A stretch of DNA of 64,000 nucleotides, from positions 256,001-320,000 of the forward strand of contig CAVSOU010000008.1 of the NCBI GenBank assembly GCA_963729625.1, read 5' to 3'. The DNA is from an uncultured bacterium (GTDB taxonomy: Bacteria; Chloroflexota; UBA5177; JANWHV01). The position numbers were made by a program, and so were the translations under genes. Shown here one piece after another: positions 58,593 to 64,000 of the stretch. The first letter of the stretch is position 1, and every line of letters starts with the position of its first letter. The notes under the pieces are model-generated. The model ran no database searches. It was not told the origin of the DNA and was given only the letters and a program-made list of their open reading frames with translations.

Positions 58593-61225
58593 TCCGGTAC
58601 GGTAGATGTACTTTCGTCGCTCTCTACAACGGCCCGCAGTGTAAGGCGAAAGATGCTGCCGGTGGGACCGGTCAACTCAAGCTCCAGTTCCCCACCCATG
58701 GCTTGAGCGAAGCTTCGACCCAGATAGAGTCCCAGGCCGGTGCCCACATGGCCGGCGCGTGTCCTGCTTCCGGGCACCCGACCGAAACGTGTAAACAGCC
58801 TTTCGCGCCCGATTTCCGAGATGCCTGAGCCATAATCTCGAACTCTTATGACGGCCTCGGTGCCGAGTTGCTGCCAGCGCACGTGTATTGGCGCACCTTC
58901 CGGAGAGTACTTGGCCGCATTGTCGATGAGATTCACAAGGATCTGGAGCGTACGGTCGGGATCGACCAGGACATACAACACGCTCGGTCCTTCCAGGTCC
59001 ACAGACTGGCCACGATAACTGGTGCGTACTTCGTCGGCCGCGGCCTCGACGAGAGATGCGAGCCGAACTGAGATAGCATCGGGAGCAACGGCCCCCAGCT
59101 CCAGCTTGCTGAGGACAAGCAGCTCTTCGACCAAGCGCTGCTGCCTGTTTGCTGCGGCGACGATACGGTGAATCTGATCCAGCCGCCGCGCATCGTCAAG
59201 CCGCTGCCAGTGAGCCTCCAGGAGCTCCGCATAGCCGATGATTGCCGTCAGTGGCGAACGCAGCTCGTGGCTCACCGCGGCCACAAAGTTGCTGCGGAGT
59301 TGCGCAAGGTCCGACGCCGCCGCGGCCTGCACCTGTGTCTGTTCCAGCAGTGCCGTCTTCAGCCGGTCAGCCTCGGCCAACTGGCGGTTCAGGTCTTCCA
59401 GTCGCGACGCCGTCGCGCGATAGCTTTCCTTTTCCGCCTGCTCACGTTCCTGCAGCCGCAGCCGTTGTCTATCCGCCACGCGAGCCAATGCTTCGCGCTC
59501 GAGCGCGCCGGCCAGCTGCGCTGTCCAGAGCCGTAGCGAGTCGTGCGCCTCGTGAAACCGGCCTTCCGTCTCGGTGACGGCAGCGATGTAGCCCCAGTTC
59601 TGCTCCAATGTGCCGAGCGGCATTACCAGGACAGTCTCGCGTTCTCCCTGCTGATCTATGCATGTATTCAGGAACTCTTGTGGCGGAAACACCTCGGCGT
59701 CGGCGCGAACCCCGACGATGGGGCAGTGCGCGCCATCGACAGCGTATGACCCGTACACTACCAAGGAGCGGCGGGCCCCGGCCGGCTCTTCCTCCCACAG
59801 CGCGAGGCAACATCGGCGCAGGCCGGTGCCGCGGGCCCAGGCGAGGCTGGCGACGCTGCCGCCACTGGGGGAGGACAGCGCGAGGCCCACGTGGTGACCG
59901 CGTTTCAGCGCGGACTCCTGCGCGTGGCGCGCCCGTACTCCACTAAACGCAGCGCACCGCAGGACTGATAGGCGAGCGTTGTTGAGGAACCCGTCGAGCC
60001 GCGAGCGAGCCGCGCGTGAACCGGGATCCAGCAGGCGCAGCCGCTCCGTTCCCAAATGCTCCAGCACTGTTAGGAGCGACAGCAGGGTTTCTGGACTACT
60101 TGTGCCGAGGCACTCTACTCTCCACGCCGCGTCAACCCTCTCGCTGGATGGCCCTGGCGTCCCGGTCACCGCAGCCTCTAGCGCTGCGACGATAGCGCCT
60201 AACCCGGGCCACTTGCGTTCTGTCTCGGTCGCCTCGTCCAGGTCCAGCGGCCAGACTAACTGCCGCGCCAGGCGGCGAGCGGCCACCGTGGACCAGTCTG
60301 CCACCGCGCATTGGGAGTGTGTCGGCGCCGGCAGTTGGCAGTCTGTGCAACCGCACGAGCGCCGGCAGATAAGCACCGTCGGCACGTGAATGAGATCAGG
60401 GGATACCTGCGCACCCTCAAGCATGGTCAGCAGGCACTGCGCCGCTGCTGTTCCAAGAGCTCCGAAGTTCTGGCGAATAGTACTGAGCGGCGGCACACTT
60501 TGTTGAGCGAGATCGATGTCGTCAAACCCGATGATCGCCAGGTCCTCTGGGACCCGGTAACCGGCCGTCTGGATGGTGTGCATCAGCCCGATTGCGTTCT
60601 GGTCCGTGGCGACGACGACCGCTGTACAAGGCATACCGGCGGCCAATAGCGCGTCTGCCGCTATCCGCCCACCACTTTCGAGGTCGTCGATAGCGGCAAA
60701 AAGCAAATCCGGATCAGGCGTGATGCCCCGTTCCATGAGAGCGGCGCAGTATCCTTCATAACGCTGCCGTGGGTCCTCCTGCTCCAGCCAGCCGACGAAC
60801 GCAATCCGCCGATGCCCATGGTCAAGCAAGTGGCGAGCTGCCATCGCGGCGCCACTGCGGTTGTCCGGCAGCACGGAGGGATAGGAGGGTACGGGGTTAC
60901 CAGCGCTGATGGTGACTACCGGCTTGGCGCCGGCGGCAACGAGTTGAAGATCCTCCGCACGGAGGGCGTCGGCCACGACAATGTAGCCGTCAACGTGTGC
61001 CCAGCCGATCGGGACATAGACCGCGGGAGCTATCGCGCCGGACGCCCAGCTTCGCGTCGTCTGCACGGCAAGGACCTGGGTACTATGCTTCCGACTAACC
61101 GCTTCGATGGCGGCGACGATGTCGCCAAAATAGAAGCCACCGACGAGCGACGAGAGGACCGCGATCGTGCGGCAGCCCTTCGGTATTGGTCCAGAGTAGC
61201 GACCCGTCCGCGGCGCTTCTACCAT
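58517..61225 (-). CDS. Histidine kinase with an N-terminal LacI-type sugar-binding domain
   Basis: DNRSGA...HGHRRIAF...VPEDLAIIGFDD...ICRRSCGC; H-box VSHELRSPL; NAAKYS, DYGSGI, GTGLGL. Confidence 0.9.
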   Translation of the reverse strand: MVEAPRTGRYSGPIPKGCRTIAVLSSLVGGFYFGDIVAAIEAVSRKHSTQVLAVQTTRSWASGAIAPAVYVPIGWAHVDGYIVVADALRAEDLQLVAAGAKPVVTISAGNPVPSYPSVLPDNRSGAAMAARHLLDHGHRRIAFVGWLEQEDPRQRYEGYCAALMERGITPDPDLLFAAIDDLESGGRIAADALLAAGMPCTAVVVATDQNAIGLMHTIQTAGYRVPEDLAIIGFDDIDLAQQSVPPLSTIRQNFGALGTAAAQCLLTMLEGAQVSPDLIHVPTVLICRRSCGCTDCQLPAPTHSQCAVADWSTVAARRLARQLVWPLDLDEATETERKWPGLGAIVAALEAAVTGTPGPSSERVDAAWRVECLGTSSPETLLSLLTVLEHLGTERLRLLDPGSRAARSRLDGFLNNARLSVLRCAAFSGVRARHAQESALKRGHHVGLALSSPSGGSVASLAWARGTGLRRCCLALWEEEPAGARRSLVVYGSYAVDGAHCPIVGVRADAEVFPPQEFLNTCIDQQGERETVLVMPLGTLEQNWGYIAAVTETEGRFHEAHDSLRLWTAQLAGALEREALARVADRQRLRLQEREQAEKESYRATASRLEDLNRQLAEADRLKTALLEQTQVQAAAASDLAQLRSNFVAAVSHELRSPLTAIIGYAELLEAHWQRLDDARRLDQIHRIVAAANRQQRLVEELLVLSKLELGAVAPDAISVRLASLVEAAADEVRTSYRGQSVDLEGPSVLYVLVDPDRTLQILVNLIDNAAKYSPEGAPIHVRWQQLGTEAVIRVRDYGSGISEIGRERLFTRFGRVPGSRTRAGHVGTGLGLYLGRSFAQAMGGELELELTGPTGSIFRLTLRAVVESDESTSTVPERRPALAKAVESGPPACPAPMIATS

Positions 61226-61757
61226 GAGGGGGTCCTCCTGACTGCGGACCTGGGAGCACCGACGCTCGCCCGCGTCCGCAACCTTCCCACTACACGCGCG
61301 AGCCACCGGACAGCTGAGCGTCGCAAAAAAAGCATCGGCACGGCACCACCGGCATGTTCCCTACAGCAAACGGCCCTGATGGGGTTCGACACGCGATTCA
61401 CGTGTGCACAGCCAGTATGCATCGCGCCGACCACACGCACACTCCCCAATAAGGTTGGTCTATCGACAAGCGGAAGACGCTGACTGTTCCGGGCAGGTGT
61501 CACGCAAATCCTATCGTTCTGACATGTCGGTTGAGTCGGCGACCACCGACCTGTGATTGTGTGAGCTGCTCAGGTCGGGGAATCCGTCAACTCCAGGCCC
61601 TCTTCATTTCTCCGTTTGTGCCGATAGAAGATAGCGGGCGTGCATGCAGCGCGGTGGCGCTGTGCCCCGGACCGAAGCACCGGGCTTTATTCCGTGCAAA
61701 CACCGGCCCCGGCACGCGCGTAACCGCGTCGGCGAAGATGCCGGAGAGGATGAACGC

Positions 61758-64000
61758 ATGCGCTATCTGCAGTACCTGGTGCGATCGCCGCGACTGGCGC
61801 TGCAGCTGTCACTGATGCTGACGCTTGCCTGTCTCATAGGTGGCACCGGCCTTGCCGGCCTGCAGCTTGCCCGGCACGCCATCACCAACACGTCCACCAC
61901 ACGGATGCCGGCTCTCGTTCATCTCCTCGACGTCGAGCGCGACATTGAGGAAGCGAATTACGATGGCCTCGATTCGGTCCTCAACCCCAACCCGAACCAA
62001 CGCAATATGGCGGATCTGCCGAAAATTCGCGCCTTGGGTGCGCAGACGAAGGCGAGCTTTGCCCTCTTTCAGGCCGCTAATCCCCCGACGGCAGCCACGG
62101 CGGCCCTCCTGACCCGCGTCTCGCAGTTGCTGGACCGGTGGGAGGCGCTGTGCGCCCTTTCGCAGCAGCTCACTCCATCGGTCAGCACGGCCACCATAAT
62201 CGTGGCGCTCAAGGCAGCCGATGCCGCGATAGTGCTCCCCCTCCGGCAGGCGCTCGAGCAGCTCGTGCAGGCGACCGAGGCGCAGGTCACCGCGGCGGGA
62301 ACCGCGGCGGCCGCATCGGCGCAGACCACCTCCGTCTTGTTGCTGGCCGTCATCGGCCTGGCGGTCCTGGCGATCGGCAGCGTTCAGATCGGGCTCGCGG
62401 TCCGGGAACACCGGCGCCGTGCCCTTTCGCAGCAGAGTGCCGACCTCGTGGCCTTGGTCGACGGGCAGGGCGTGGTCCGCTATGCCAGCCCCTCCTACGA
62501 GCGCGTCCTCGGCCATTCTGGCGCTGCCCTTGCCGGCGCATCGCTCCTGGACTTTCTGCACCCAGACGACCGAGCGGATGCCGCCGCCGCCCTCGAACGC
62601 CGCCGCGAGGATCGCGGCGACTCAACTGAGACCGAGCTGCGCGTGCGCCATGCCGATGGGACATATCGGTGGCTGGCCTCTACAGGTGTGAATCTGCTGC
62701 ATGACCCGCTCATCCAGGGCATTATCATCACCAGCCGCGACATAGGGGCCCGCAGGGAAACCGAGGCTGCATTGGCCTTCCAGGCCGGGCACGATCCGCT
62801 CACCGGTCTGCCTAATCGCACGCTGCTGCTCGAGCGCCTCAAGCACGCACTGGCGACAACGGTCGGTACGCCCGTGGCGCTCCTGCTCGTCGACCTCGAT
62901 CGGTTCAAGGACGTCAACGACACGCTCGGCCATCACGCCGGCGACTTGTTGCTACAGCAGGTGGGCGGACGTCTCAGGGCGGCGGTCCGCGGCGATGACG
63001 TGGTGGCGCGCCTTGGTGGCGATGAGTATGCGTTGCTCTTACCAAACGCTGACGAGACGGCGGCCCGGCAGTTGGCCGACCGGCTGGTCGAAGCCCTGGA
63101 AGCGCCGTTCCAGGTTGTCGATCAGACCTTGGAGATCGGCGCCAGCATCGGCGTCGCCATCGCCCCCCAACACGGACGCGGGCCGCATACTCTGTTGCAG
63201 CACGCCGACGTGGCGATGTATCAAGCCAAGCACGACCATCTGCGTGTAACGGTCTACGATCCCGATCAGGATCAACATAGTCTCGAGGGCCTGGCCCTGC
63301 TGCGCGATTTGCGTCTGGCGATCCTCGAGAGCCAGGTGACGCTCCACTACCAGCCGAAAGTCGAGATCGCGACACGGCAGGTGTGCGGGGTCGAAGCGCT
63401 GCTGCGCTGGCCGCATCCCACGCGCGGGCTCATCCCACCGGATCAGTTCATCCCCACCGCTGAGCAAACGGGCCTGATCGAGCCCTTGACGGCGTGGGTG
63501 CTCGACACTGCCCTGCGGCAGTGCCGGGCTTGGCAAGATGAGGGACTCTTCCTTCCCGTCGCCGTCAATATGTCGCCACGCGTCCTCCAGGATCAGCAGT
63601 TGCCAGATCGCCTGAGCAGGCTCCTGCAGCGCCATGGCGTGTCGCCTTCGCGCCTCACTCTGGAGATCACGGAGAGTAGCTTGATGGCTAATCCGGAGCG
63701 AGTGCACGGCATATTGACCAGCCTCCACCGACTCGGTGTCACATTGTCCATTGACGATTTCGGCACGGGCTACTCGTCCCTCGCCTATCTGAAGGAGCTA
63801 CCCGTGCAGGAATTGAAGATCGACAAGTCCTTTGTCCTGGGGATGGGCGATGCCGGAGACACGCAGGATGCCGCCATCGTACGCTCCGTCGTCGCCATGG
63901 CGCACGAGCTGCACTTGACCGTCGTCGCTGAAGGGGTCGAGGACGCCCAGGCCCTGGCGGTGCTGACCGACATTGGGTGCGATACCATTCAGGGCTACTA
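61758..64000 (+). CDS. Membrane sensor PAS-GGDEF-EAL protein, runs off the right edge
   Basis: Manual translation: two TM helices around a helical sensor, PAS, HDPLTGLPNR, ARLGGDEY, GVEALLRW, IDDFGTGYSSL, ELKIDKSF. Confidence 0.9.
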   Translation, partial: MRYLQYLVRSPRLALQLSLMLTLACLIGGTGLAGLQLARHAITNTSTTRMPALVHLLDVERDIEEANYDGLDSVLNPNPNQRNMADLPKIRALGAQTKASFALFQAANPPTAATAALLTRVSQLLDRWEALCALSQQLTPSVSTATIIVALKAADAAIVLPLRQALEQLVQATEAQVTAAGTAAAASAQTTSVLLLAVIGLAVLAIGSVQIGLAVREHRRRALSQQSADLVALVDGQGVVRYASPSYERVLGHSGAALAGASLLDFLHPDDRADAAAALERRREDRGDSTETELRVRHADGTYRWLASTGVNLLHDPLIQGIIITSRDIGARRETEAALAFQAGHDPLTGLPNRTLLLERLKHALATTVGTPVALLLVDLDRFKDVNDTLGHHAGDLLLQQVGGRLRAAVRGDDVVARLGGDEYALLLPNADETAARQLADRLVEALEAPFQVVDQTLEIGASIGVAIAPQHGRGPHTLLQHADVAMYQAKHDHLRVTVYDPDQDQHSLEGLALLRDLRLAILESQVTLHYQPKVEIATRQVCGVEALLRWPHPTRGLIPPDQFIPTAEQTGLIEPLTAWVLDTALRQCRAWQDEGLFLPVAVNMSPRVLQDQQLPDRLSRLLQRHGVSPSRLTLEITESSLMANPERVHGILTSLHRLGVTLSIDDFGTGYSSLAYLKELPVQELKIDKSFVLGMGDAGDTQDAAIVRSVVAMAHELHLTVVAEGVEDAQALAVLTDIGCDTIQGY

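Noticed and set aside
1-64000. tRNA or rRNA genes
   Set aside because: No cloverleaf or rRNA-like segment recognised by eye; a tRNAscan/Infernal run would be needed to exclude them.

Overview
High-GC bacterial DNA; gene families suggest Chloroflexota (inference). Three zones. (1) 1-12.7 kb, all minus strand: a phage-satellite-like element with a large serine recombinase, excisionase-like HTH, primase-helicase with adjacent iteron origin, ParB-like and radical SAM genes, its own small terminase, a two-gene split large terminase and a PIN toxin pair. It has no capsid or portal within the window. Its right end (~12.69 kb) cuts a second large-terminase gene just after the Walker A motif. (2) 12.7-36.3 kb, all minus strand: a long, apparently co-transcribed virion-assembly cluster (portal, holin-like gene, GH25 lysin, papain-like protease, protease-capsid fusion, three SGNH proteins, adaptor and tail-like genes, catalytically degenerate Y-family polymerase, small terminase, Flp pilin, interrupted terL). 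It starts at a sigma70-type promoter with a LexA-type box, has no integrase, replication or tape-measure genes, and is rich in REP-like palindromes, so it looks like a domesticated, GTA-like particle system parasitised by the satellite. (3) 36.5-64 kb: host and accessory genes, including a COG4280-like membrane pair, secreted proteins, three STAND-ATPase/TPR regulators, IS1182-like remnants, a frameshifted BAAT-family hydrolase, orphan hcp, bioY, a LacI-sensor histidine kinase and a PAS-GGDEF-EAL protein. All calls come from motif recognition by eye; no searches were run.
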